Assembly (NCBI RefSeq): GCF_963921235.1
Contig: NC_086108.1
Location: 72,294,001-72,358,000 of the forward strand
Direction of reading: 5' to 3'
Length of the DNA: 64,000 bases
Source: Mobula hypostoma
Lineage: Eukaryota
In this document: piece after piece, positions 25,473 to 37,566 of the stretch
How positions within the stretch are numbered: position 1 is the stretch's first letter
Layout: every line of letters begins with the position of its first letter
The notes under the pieces: generated by a model
Seen by the model: the letters and a program-made list of their open reading frames with translations, nothing else
Databases searched by the model: none
Told to the model about the DNA's origin: nothing
Translations under genes and position numbers: made by a program

Positions 25473-28400
25473 TTACCTCTGGTCAATCTTGCTGTATGCT
25501 TCCGAAACATGGACTATAACACCAGAACTCCAAAGAAACTTAGAAACAACAGAAATATGGTTTCTTAGAAGAATGCCAAAAATATCAAATAGAGATAGGG
25601 TAACTAATGAGACAGTACTCCAGCATGCCCATACAGAAAGATCTTTAATGAGAACATTAAATGAGAGGAAACTTAAATTCCTGGGCCATGTCGTCAGAAA
25701 GGGAGAAATAGAATGCCTTACATTACAAGGCCTTATGCCTGGGAAACGCGAAAGAGGAAGGCAAAGAAGAAAATATATGGACACTGTGAAAGAACTAACA
25801 GATCTAAGTGTGCGAGATATCATTGACGCTGCGAGGGATCGTTCGATGTGGAGAGACATGATCGCCCAAGCGTGTAACACGCAAGGCAAATGAAGAAGAA
25901 GCGCTCTACTGCTTCTGCAAAGCAACAAGTTTCGTGACATGACAGTGATAAGAATCCTGATTCTAATTCTGATTTTCTTTGGTCCCAGCTAGCAAAAACA
26001 GATTGGTTGATCTTTCATGTTCTTGCTGGGGAAGTTGTTGCTTGACTGTATGGTGCTTTCAGCTAAATAATAGCAATCCCTAAACTTCAAAGTGTGTCAT
26101 TATGTGAAATGCTTTCAGATGTCTTTGACAAAGCAGATTTGAAACTCAAGCAGCTATCTGGGGAACTGGGTAGTGTAGCGAGGAGATAATCATTCTACTT
26201 TGAAGACTGAAATACAGCCTGGACTGGAGAATAAAAATAACTCTTGCTGGTTTTAAGAATGCTTTATGTAGTGATAAAATAATTTCAATCTACTTTAATC
26301 TATTTTTTAGTGGCATGAATTTATTTGTGTAATTTAGTGCAAATTAGTAACTTCACACCTCAAAGCCACTAAATGGCTGGTTTGAGATATAGGAAGCTTA
26401 TAAAACTGTTGTAATCAGGTTACATTTTCTTGACTGTGGTCTCTTAATAAGCAGAGAATAACCTCTGAACTTTAACTGTCTGAGGCAGAGTGCGATGTCG
26501 TCAGTAAGGGCCTCACCTTTGTCCCCCTTCACTCACACCTCAGCAAGTTCCACATTCGCCATGACGCGGAACTGTTCTTCCACCAGCTCCGTCTTTGAGC
26601 CTACTTCTTCAGCAAGGACTCTCTCACCCCCACCGATGACCCCTTCTTCCACCTTCAACACTCCTCCTCTTCATGGACACCCTGCTCCGGTCTTCTGCCT
26701 GCTCCGGATCTCTTTATTGCTAACTGCCGACGGGACATCAACTGTCTCGACTTCACAGCACCTTGTTCCCATTCCAACCTCACTCCTTCCGAACGCTCTG
26801 CTCTCCACTCCCTCCGCACTAATCCTCACCTTACTATAAAACCCGCCTATAACGGGGGTGCTGTTGTAGTCCGGCATACTGACCTCTACCTTGCCGAGGC
26901 ACAGCGACAACTCGCGGATACCTCCTCTTATTCACCCCTCGATCATGACCCCACCAAGGAGCACCAGGCCATTGTCTCCAACACCATCACCAACTTTATC
27001 CGCTCAGGGGATCTCCCATTCACTGCTACCAACCCTATAGTTCCCACACCTCGCATTTCCCGTTTCTACCTCCTACCCAAGATCCACAAACCTACCTGTC
27101 CAGGTAGACCCATTGTCTCAGCTTGCTCCTGCCCTACCAAACTCATTTCTGCATACCTCAACACTGTTTTATTCCCCCTTGTTCAATCCCTTCCCACCTG
27201 TGTTCATGACACTTCTCACGCTCTGAATTTTTTTGATGGTTTTGAGTTCCCTGGCCCCCACCGCTTTATTTTCACCATGGATGTCCAGTCCCTATATACT
27301 TCGATCCCCCACCAGGAATGTCTCAAAGCTCTCCGCTTCTTTTTTGGATTCCAAACCTAACCAGTTCCCCTCTACCGCCACTCTGCTCCATCTAGCGGAA
27401 TTCGTCCATACTCTTAATAATTTCTCCTTTGGCTCCTCCCACTTCCTCCAAACTAAAGGTGTAGCTATGGGCACCCGTATGGGTCCTAGCTATGCCTGCC
27501 TTTTTGTTGGCTTTGTAAAACAATTCATGTTCCAAGCCTATACTGGTACCTGTCCCCCATTTTTCCTTCGTTACATCGACGACTGCATTGGCGCTGCTTC
27601 CTGCACACATGCTGAGCTCGTTGACTTCATTAACTTTGCTTCCAACTTTCACCCTGCCCTCAAGCTTACCTGGTCCATTTCTGACACCTCCCTCCCCTTT
27701 GTTGATCTTTCTGTCTCTGTCTCTGGAGACAGTTTATCTACTGATGTCTACTATAAGCCTACGGACTCTCACAGCTACCTGAACTATTCCTCTTCTCACC
27801 CTGTCTCTTGCAAAAATGCCACCTGCTTCTCGCAATTCCTCCCTCTCTGCCGCATCTGCTCTCAGGATGAGGCTTTTCATTCCAGGACAAAGGAGATGTC
27901 CTCCTTTTTTAGAGAAAGGGGCTTCCCTTCCTCCACCATCAACTCTGCTCTCAAACGCATTTCCCCCATTTCTCTCACATCTGCTTTCACCCCATCCTCC
28001 CGCCACCCCACTAGAAATAGGGTTCCCCTTGTCCTCATCCTACCACCCCACCAGCCTCCAGGTTCAACATATTATTCTCCGTAACTTCCGCCACCTTCAA
28101 CGGGATCCCACCACTAAGCATATCTTTCCCTCCCCCCCACCCCACTTTTCGCAGGGATCGCTCCCTACGCGACTCCCTTGTCCATTCATCCCTCCCATCC
28201 CTTCCCACCAATCTCCCTCCCGGCACTTATCCTTGTAAGCGGAACAAGTGCTACACATGCCCTTACACTTCCTCCGTCACCACAATTCAAGGCCCCAGAC
28301 AGTCCTTCCAGGTGAGGCGACACTTCACCTGTGAGTCGGCTGGGGTGATATACTGTGTCCGGTACTCCCGGTGCGGCCTTCTATATATTCGCGAGACCCG

Positions 28401-28666
28401 ACGCAAGCTGGGAGACCGTTTCGCTGAACACCTATGCTCTGTCCGCCAGAGAAAGCAGGATCTCCCAGTGGCCATACGTTTTAATTCCACGTCTCATTCC
28501 CATTCTGATATGTTTATCCACGGCCTCCTCTACTGTCAAGATGAAACCACTCTCAGGTTGGAGGAACAACACCGTATATTCCGTCTGGGTAGCCTCCAAC
28601 CTGATGGCATGAACATTGGCTTCTCTAACTTCCATTAATGGCCCACTTCCCCTTCGTACCCCATCC

Positions 28667-28667
<1 letters not shown>

Positions 28668-28702
<35 letters not shown>

Positions 28703-28705
28703 TTT
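28668..28705. repeat. (TTTA)n microsatellite inside the Penelope 3' UTR
   Basis: Direct reading. Confidence 0.95.
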
Positions 28706-28958
28706 TATTATTAAGTTTTTTTCTCTCTCTCCTTTTTCTCCCTCTGTCCCTCTCACTATACTCCTTGCCTATCCTCTGGGTTCCCCCCTCCCCCTTTCTT
28801 TCTCCCTAGGCCTCCCGTCCCATGATCCTCTCATATCCCTTTTGCCAATCAACTGTCCAGCTCTTGGCTCCATCCCCCCCGCCCCATCTTCTCCTATCAT
28901 TTCGGACCTCCCCCTCCCCCTCCCACTTTCAAATCTCTTACTAGCTCTTCTTTCAGTT

Positions 28959-28994
28959 AATCCTGACGAAGGGTCTCGGCCCGAAGCGTCGACT
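28959..28994 (+). ncRNA. Minimal type I hammerhead ribozyme motif (GAAA changed to GAAG)
   Basis: AATC CTGACGA A GGG TCTCGG CCC GAAG CGTC GACT. Confidence 0.65.
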
Positions 28995-29431
28995 GTACCT
29001 CTTTCTATGGATGCTGCCTGGCCTGCTGCGTTCACCAGCAATTTTTATGTGTGTTGCTTGAAATTCCAGCATCTGCAAATTTGCTCGTGTTTGAGAGAAT
29101 GATAGAGTTTACTTTGTATCTGCTTCTGCTGGTCCTAAATTGGAAGTGGTTATACTAGCATTAATACCTAACTTCAATTTAGAATAGAATGGAGAACTAT
29201 AGTGTCCTTTTTGTCTAACAGTGTCTATTAAGGCCAGACATCTGACCAGAGAGTGTTCTGCGTATGTTCAGTCAACATAGGGCCAGAGCTTGCTATCTGG
29301 CTTGTCATGCTATCACAAAGGAAACAGGGTCATAGCCTCATGCAGCATGAGAACAGGCCCATTGGCCCAACTCATCGATGCCAACCAATATATTTTCCTG
29401 AGCATACATTTGGCCCATACCCCTCTAAACC

Positions 29432-30260
29432 AGTGGTTCCAGAACTTTGTTAGATTACTGCCTCTTGGCTCCCTGACCACATCCCAGGTGTTCCCCTCTC
29501 CCTTTCAGGCCATTACATAAAAACTATAACGAATTTGGATTTACAATGCACAGTGATGGAAACTAGGAACTGCAAATTCAAAGCAGTACAAATAATTGTA
29601 AAAATTATTCAAACCTATTTAACACTACAAATAAGATTATTTCTTTATTTGCATATTTACAGTAAAAACAATCTTCAACAATTTTAGAGTGTAATTTAGT
29701 AGTCCAGCTATTTACTACTTCATTGCTTTTTCACCTTTCAATGAGATGGATGGGCTTGGTGCAGTGATATCAGCTTCTCAACATCAGGCTGAATGTCACT
29801 CAGGAGTTTCAGATCCCCATGTTCAGTAATTTGCAGTCTGTTTCGTTGCTTTGAAAGAAGATGTGTGACTGCACTGAAACCAAGCTTCATTAAGTATCAT
29901 GTTCAAAAGGCAATAAAGAACATCTTGACCTTTTTCCACTGGGCAGGACAGCGTTCAGAGATTTCTTTCTGCACCCAGAAGCCTTGATATGATTTTTTTT
30001 GAACCTCGACTTCAGTTCAGTCATTTTGCAGTGAGATCAGTTATTCCTCCATCCTTCCTGCTAATTCCTCATGACAGGTTTTCAAGAATGGATTTATTAC
30101 CCAAATCTGGGATTTGAATTGAGAGAAGACCCTGAAGTCTCTCTGACATGTCTTTATGCAGCTCAGCCAGGTAGGCACAGGATACTGGGAGATCATTCTC
30201 TCCTATTCTTTCTTTCTCTCCCAACTCAGAGAGGCTCAGAAATTGGAAAAATATTGTGAA
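29432..30260 (-). mobile_element. hAT/Charlie DNA transposon 3' end (ZBED5/FAM200/SCAND3-like transposase C-terminus)
   Basis: TIR-like cagtggttccagaacttt at 29432; minus-strand degenerate translation ...GFSAVTHLLSKQRNRLQITEHGDLKLLSDIQPDVEKLISLHQAHPSH*. Confidence 0.75.
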
Positions 30261-31124
30261 AGCTCATGTTGCAGATAAACAGAGTTAACTTGGGCAGAAA
30301 TGTGGTGATGACTGATTTGACTTTGATAAGATTCACATCATTTCCCTACAATTAAAAATTAATTTCATTAAACTTTGTGAATAATTCTGACAAATAAGCA
30401 ATGTCATGCCTAATATTCTTGAGTTGATTACTGAATGAAGCATTTGAGTCTTTAATGAATTTTATTCCAGTTTCAAAAAGTGCATAGGCGTTTCCTTTTG
30501 AGAATTATCTGATTTCTATTTTGACCCCACTGACATTCATCCAATGTTTTACTAAATCTTATATGACATATTTCACCCCATGAATGTCTAGCAGGTCATA
30601 GACACATAAAGCTCTTCCTTCTACTTTAAGGAAGAATACATATTAATGTCCCTTGGATGACTAAAACTAATATTACCACAATTATTAAAATATGAGAAAT
30701 TATATAGATCCAAGGATTAACTTCAACATTCACATTAAAATATATGTCTCATCCCCAGGGAGGTGGGAATGAGTAAGATTTACAAACACTACGTCGTGAT
30801 CAAGAATGCAAAAGTCAAATTGCAATCAATTTGACACCTACTCGTTTCACAAAAAAAGTCTGGATGAGATCAGTCACTGGTATACAACATTCTCCCACAC
30901 TTATATGCCCACAGTTAGCACATATCACATAAGGTACATCTTTTTATGAAACAATAATATAATTTTCACAAATCACAAAGTTATGAGTGGCTTATAGGGC
31001 CTCAACAGAAGTCAAACATCCAACAAAACATAAGACAAGCATTAAAACAGATCAAAACAAATTTCTGGCAGGTACCTTTAAAAACAAAAGCAGAGAGCTA
31101 GTTAGAAATGTTTTCATTCCCTGT

Positions 31125-31262
31125 TAGCAACACACACAAAATGCTGGAGGAACTTAGCAAGCCAGGCTGTAACTATGGTAAAAAGTACAGTCGATGTTTC
31201 AGGCAAAGACCCTAGTCCTGCCGAAGGGTCTCAGCCCGAAATGTCATCTGTACTCTTTTCCA
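31125..31262. repeat. Inverted pair of PLE-derived short elements with hammerhead remnants
   Basis: Minus piece ending agtcgatgtttcaggcaaagaccct abuts plus piece AGTC CTGCCGA AGGG TCTCAG CCC GAAA TGTC (from 31214). Confidence 0.75.
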
Positions 31263-31747
31263 AATTTTAATAAAATATTCCATAAATATTACTAAAATAT
31301 TTAGTATTTTAGTAATATTTAGGTAATATTGTAAATGTATTATTTGATTAAACATTATTTGTGTTCACACAATACGTTGACGGTTATATGTAAAAGTACA
31401 TGAATGGCATATGTCACCATGCCACCAGGTCATAAATGCATGCCTCACTTAAAGTAAAAAGAAGAAACTAAGACATGTTCTCGGGATTTCCATCTTTTCC
31501 TTTCAATTCAATTTATGTTTTGGAGCTACAAAATAAAACTGTGATGATGAAGAAGCTTTAAATGAACCCGAGATGACTACCTACCTGTTGAAGCACAGTG
31601 AGACAGTCGAGTTTTTAAAAAAGGGAGAAAACTGATAAATTCATAGATTCATAAACATAAATTAAAAAAGCAGAAATAGCTGACTACGCTGGAAAGATAG
31701 ACCTGTTCAATTGCACAAGAGATAACTGGAATATGTAGACTGAGCAA

Positions 31748-31882
31748 CACACACAAAATGCTAGAGGAACTCAGCAGGACAGACAGTGTCCATGGAAATG
31801 AATAAACAGTCTATATTTTGGGCTGAGACCTTTCTTCAGGCTGTAGGAATTTCCAGCTTCTATAGAATATCTTGTGTTTATT
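31748..31882. mobile_element. Short PLE-derived element inserted in Gypsy gag
   Basis: 17-bp TSD atatgtagactgagcaa (31731-31747) / atatgtaaactgagcaa (31883-31899); degenerate hammerhead on - strand at 31808-31842. Confidence 0.8.
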
Positions 31883-34800
31883 ATATGTAAACTGAGCAAA
31901 TTGAGCAGTATTTTGAAGAAAATAAATTAGCCAATGAGAAGCAAGTGCCAGTTTTGCTTGAATGCATCGGGCTTAAATGCATACAGAAATACTAACTGCT
32001 CCAATCAAACCAGCTGAAATGAAATTTGCTGATGTAGTGAAATTAATGCAAGAACATTTAGCACCAAAACCATTCTTGATTTCAGAACACTTTACATTTC
32101 TTCAGTAGAATCAAAATGAAGGGGAGTCCACTTTTAGCGCACATGGTTGAATTGAAGAAGTTCTCTGAGCATTGTCAGTTCAGTAATGGGCTTAATAATG
32201 CATTGAGAGATTGTTTAGTTTGTGGAATCTTACAAGAAATAATTCAAAAAACAGTCCCTAACTGAAGCACAACTTACATTTAAAAGAGCAATTGAAACAG
32301 CTGTATCAATGGATACAGCAGACAGAGATGCAGTTGAGTTGTACTTAGGAATGAAAGTGGGTGTGAACAAAATTGCAATGTCTAAACAGAAACTGGCCTG
32401 GTTGACCAAATTGTGTTACTGTTGTGCCAGGAGCTCACTTACACCAGACCAATTCAGGTTTAAAGGCAAAAGTTGCAGATAATGCAACAAAACAGGAGAC
32501 TAACAAAGAGCATGTCAGGCAAACAAAAATAAATGGACTGAACAAGGTAGAGAAAAAGATAAAAAGTGAAGTTGCAGTTTCAAAAGGAGCACTAATCTGC
32601 ATGCTGTTGATGAAAAATCTGATAATGATAAGAATAACACAGTACTGGGTAGCATTGAGATTTAAAATGTGAAAACTAACAATAGAAAATTGTGAACAGT
32701 AAATTAATTTAAATGGAATTGGGTACTGGCTTGGCTGTTTCAGTCATTCTACAAAATGAGGTCGAACAGCATTTCAAAGATACTGAACTGAAGGTTGCTA
32801 AGAACATATGCTATAGAGAAGATAACTCTTATGGGAATGACATTTGTAACAGTGAAATACAACTAACTAACAGCCACACTGGGCTTGAGTGTGGTAAAAA
32901 CAAGAGGGCCAGCATTGTGTAGCTTTGATTGGATGTAATAACTATATCTTGATTGGAGATCCATCCACCACTTGCATGCCATGTCCCCTGCAATAAAGTG
33001 AACAGACAGCAGATTAAGAAAGGTACTGGATGACACCACAGCAGTGTTCAAGGATGGCACAGGAAAACTCAAACATATCAGTGGTGAAATATTGTAAGAT
33101 GAAAATACTGCACCCTCATTTTACAATGCCCATCAGGTTCCTCATACCATATGTGATAAAGTAGCCAGTGAGCTAATTTGCATGGAAGTTGAAGGAATTC
33201 TTTTTAAGGTTGAGTGGAACCCATAGGCAACACCACTGGTCCCAGTAGACAAGAAGAATGGGTCTGTCAGGATCTGTGGTGATCTTAAGGTCACTATCAA
33301 CCCTGCACTGAAAGTAGATCAATGCCCTCTACCCTGGAATGAGGATGTCTTTGTAAACCTTTCTAGATGGAAACACTTCAAAAAGTCGTCTTAGTCGGAG
33401 ACAGGAGAAGAGTCCAAAGTGTTTCTCACCATAAACACTCACAAAGAGCTTTATCGCTGTAATAGGCTTATTTCTGGAGCAGCATCTGTGCTGCATTCTG
33501 GCATAAAGCTATGGACCAGATGCTGCAAGACTCTATTTTACCTGGATGACATTGTTGTTACTAGTGAGGATGACCAAGAACATCTCCAAAATCCCAAGAC
33601 AGTGTTAAAAAGATTAGAAGATAATGGGCACAGAACACGATGCAAGAAGTGTGAACTCTTCAAACCAAGTATCACTTACTGCGGTCACAGCATTGATGCA
33701 CAAGGTTTACACAAGTGTGCTGAGAAATTTCAAGCAGTGGTGGATTCTCCAAGACCAAAGGATACGTCACAGTTGTGGTTCTTTTTAGGATTTGTCAATT
33801 ACTATAGTAGGTTCCTGTCAAATCTAGCTACTGTGCTGCCCCCCCCCCCACCCCGCCAAGGTCATTACTACTGGGAAGAAATGACAACAGACAAAGCAAT
33901 GTGAGTGAGGGGGCATTTGAAAAGGTAAAGGAAAAGATGAAGTCAGATACCGTACTCACACATTATGATCCACAGTGTACAGTGAAGCCTGCCTGTGATG
34001 CCTCACCTTATGGTATAGGTGCAGTCACGTCACAAGTTATGAGTGATGGAAGTAAATGCTCCACAGCCTTTGCATCACGTTCCCTTACTGCTGCAGAGAA
34101 AAATTGCAGACAGATTGACAGAGAGGCCTTGAGTCTGGCTTGAGAAGTAAAACATTTCAACAGACCCTTTATGGGAGATAGTATACCCTTGTTACTGGTC
34201 ATCAACCACTGGTGTAAATTTCAATCCACAGAAGGGTGTTCCACTAACAGCAGCAGCACAAATGTAGAGACGAGCTCTGATTCTTGGAGGACACATTAAC
34301 AATATTGAATTCAAGAGGATGATTATTCATGGAAATGCTGATGGATTGTCTGATTTATCCTTGGAAAATGAAATACCTGAAAAATTTGCAAAAGAGGATA
34401 GTCCTCTTGATGTGTCCTCCAAATGCAAATCTACTGCTACACTACAATAAAGAAGGCTTACCATTCCTTCCCGAAACCGCATCTTGGCAAGTTGGAACAT
34501 TTGGCTGTACTCCTACTAACTGCATACAGACAGAGCAAGGCTCCAGAGATCAAGACAACTAAGAGGTGGTTGCAGGAGGCAGAGGGCTGGTTACAAGACT
34601 GCCTTGAGCCAGTGGACTGGGCCATGATCAAGAAACCATCTGAGGACCTGAATAACTACATCAGGGTCACGACAAACTTCATTAAAACGGCTGTGCATGA
34701 GTGCGTTCCATGAAATCATTCAGGGTCTTCCAAAATCAGAAGCCCTGGATGAACAATGAAATCTAGAATTTGCTGAGAGTCAGATCAGAGGCATTCAAGA

Positions 34801-35042
34801 ATGCTACAAGAGGTACAGGTATGATCTTTGGAAAGCCATCTCTCGAGCAACGTGGAGATTCTGAACTAGACTGGAATCAACATCAAATTCAGATTGGCAA
34901 AAACACCTCCTACACAATCTCCATCAGCACAGGAGCACTGCAGGAATGTGAACTTAGCTCCCTGCTCTACTCGCTTTACACCTAAGACTGTGTGGCTAAG
35001 TATAGCTTCAACACCATATATAAACTTGCTATTGATACAACT

Positions 35043-37566
35043 AACAAACATAAAAGTTGCTGGTGAACGCAGCAGGCCAGGCAGCATCTCTAGGAAGCGG
35101 TGCAGTCGACGTTTCAGGCCGAGACCCTTCGTCAGGTCTAACTGAAGGAAGAGTGAGTAAGGGATTTGAAAGTGGGAGGGGGAGAGGGAGATCCAAAATG
35201 ATAGGAGAAGACAGGAGGGGGAGGGATGGAGCCAAGAGCTGGACAGGTGATTGGCAAAGGGGATACAAGAGGATCATGGGACAGGAGGACCGGGGAGAAA
35301 GACGGGGGAGGGGCGGGGACCCAGAGGATGGGCAAGGGGTATATTCAGAGGGACAGAGGGAGAAAAAGGAGAGTGAGAGAAAGAATGTGTGTATAAAAAT
35401 AAGTAACGGATGGGGTACAAGGGGGAGGTGGGGCATTAGCGGAAGTTAGAGAAGTCGATGTTCATGCCATCAGGTTGGAGGCTACCCAGACGGAATATAA
35501 GGTGGTGTTCCTCCAACCTGAGTGTGGCTTCATCTTTACAGTAGAGGAGGCAGTGGATAGACATGTCAGAATGGGAATGGGATGTGGAATTAAAATGTGT
35601 GGCCACTGGGAGATCCTGCTTTCTCTGGCGGACAGAGCGTAGGTGTTCAGCAAAGTGGTCTCCCAGTCTGCGTCGGGTCTCGCCAATATATAAAAGGCCA
35701 AATCGGGAGCACCGGATGCAGTATATCACCCCAGCCGACTCACAGGTGAAGTGTTGCCTCACCTGGAAGGACTGTTTGGGGCCCTGAATGGTGGTAAGGG
35801 AGGAAGTGTAAGGGCATGTGTAGCACTTGTTCCGCTTACACGGATAAGTGCCAGGAGGAAGATCAGTGGGAAAGGATGGGGGGGACGAATGGACAAGGGA
35901 GATGCGTAGGGAGCGATCCCTGCGGAATGCGGGGGGGGGAGGGAAAGATGTGCTTAGTGGTGGGATCCCGTTGGAGGTGGCGGAAGTTACGGAGAATAAT
36001 ATGTTGCACCCGGAGGCTGGTGGAGTGGTAGGTGAGGACCAGGGGAACCGTATTCCTAGTGGGGTGGCGGGAGGATGGAGTGAGAGCAGATGTGCGTGAA
36101 ATGGGGGAGATGCATTTAAGAGCAGAGTTGATAGTGGAGGAAGGGAAGCCCCTTTCTTTAAAAAAGGAAGACATCTCCCTCGTCCTAGAATGAAAAGCCT
36201 CATCCTGAGAGCAGATGTGGCGGAGACGGAGGAATTGCGAGAAGGGGATGGCGTTTTTGCAAGAGACAGGGTGAGGAGAGGAATAGTCCAGATAGCTGTG
36301 AGAGTCAGTAGGTTTATAGTAGACATCAGTGGATAAGCTGTCTCCAGAGACAGAGACAGAAAGATCTAGAAAGGGGAGGGAGGTGTCGGAAATGGACCAG
36401 GTAAACTTGAGGGCAGGGTGAAAGTCGGAGGCAAAGTTAATAAAGTCAACGAGCTCTGCATGCGTGCAGGAAGCAGCGCCAATGCAGTCATCGATGTAGC
36501 AAAGGACAAGTGGGGGACAGATACCAGAATAGGCACGGAACATAGATTGTTCCACAAAGCCAACAAAAAGGCAGGCATAGCTAGGACCCATACGGGTGCC
36601 CATAGCTACACCTTTAGTTTGGAGGAAGTGGGAGGAGCCATAGGAGAAATTATTAAGAGTAAGGACTAATTCTGCTAGACGGAGCAGAGTGGTGGTAGAG
36701 GGGAACTGATTAGGTCTGGAATCCAAAAAGAAGCATAGAGCTTTGAGACCTTCCTGATGGGGGATGGAAGTATATAGGGACTGGACATCCATGGTGAAAA
36801 TAAAGCAGTGGGGGCCAGGGAACTTAAAATCATCGAAAAGTTTAAGAGCGTGAGAAGTGTCACGAACATAGGTAGGAAGGGATTGAACAAGGGGGGATAA
36901 AACCGTGTCGAGGTATGCAGAAACGAGTTCGGTGGGGCAGGAGCCAGCTGAGACAATAGGTCAGCCAGGACAGGCAGGTTTGTGGATCTTGGGTAGGAGG
37001 TAGAAACGGGAAGTGCGGGGTGTGGGAACTATAAGGTTGGTGGCAGTGGATGGGAGATCCCCTGAGCGGATAAAGTCGGTGATGGTGTGGGAGACAATGG
37101 CCTGGTGCTCCTTAGTGGGGTCACGATCGAGGGGTAAATAAGAGGAGGTATCCGCGAGTTGTCGCTGTGCCTCGGCAAGGTAGAGGTCAGTACGCCAGAC
37201 TACAACAGCACCCCCTTTATTGGCGGGTTTAATAATAAGGTTAGGATTAGTGCAGAGGGAGTGGAGGGCAGAGCGTTCCGAAGGAGTGAGGTTGGAATGG
37301 GGACAAGGTGCGGTGAAGTCGAGACGGTTGATGTCCCGTCGGTAGTTAGCGATAAAGAGATCCAAAGCAGGGAGAAGACCAGAGTGGGGTGTCCATGAAG
37401 AAGAGGAGGGTTGAAGACGGGAGAAGGGGTCATCGGTGGCGGTGGAAGAGTTCTTGCCGAAGAAGTAGGCTCGGAGACGGCGGAAGAAAAGTTCCGCATC
37501 GTGGCGAACACGGAACTCGCTGAGGTGTGGGCGAAGGGGGACAAAGGTGAGGCCCTTACTGAGTAA
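35043..37566 (-). mobile_element. Penelope-like element, 5'-truncated, young (one stop, one homopolymer frameshift)
   Basis: LSKGLTFVP through FYLLPKIHK, TGA at 36961-36963, RT (YIDD) in the same frame, shift at the G run near 35930-35943, GIY-YIG (VIYCIRC..LYIGET); TSD tgatacaact at 35033-35042 and 37567-37576. Confidence 0.95.
35104..35139 (-). ncRNA. Minimal type I hammerhead ribozyme motif, core intact
   Basis: Minus strand AGAC CTGACGA A GGG TCTCGG CCT GAAA CGTC GACT; GUC cleavage triplet, palindromic ACGU at stem III, one mismatch in stem I. Confidence 0.72.

Larger units (their letters stand above)
21885..25901 (+). mobile_element. RTE-clade LINE (RT to 3' end), split by two later insertions
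   Basis: CENYRTISLMSH, QYGF..GTRNTIFIL | MLSKRAIE..IDFTKAFDKV, RGVRQG, RYADDT, LKCYIWS | ILLYASETW, GKRERGRQR; (gaa)n tail. Confidence 0.9.
26477..29093 (+). mobile_element. Penelope-like element (RT + GIY-YIG), 5'-truncated, frameshifted
   Basis: SKGLTFVP, FYLLPKIHK, MDVQSLYTSIP, GVAMGTRMGP, RYIDD, VYYKPTD; GIY-YIG segment GVIYCVR..LLYIRET..LGDRFAEH; 3' terminal region with hammerhead motif. Confidence 0.93.

Noticed and set aside
28638..29102. Hydrophobic 154-aa ORF (FIYLFIYL), also 35041-35436
   Set aside because: Translation of the (TTTA)n microsatellite and pyrimidine-rich Penelope 3'UTR
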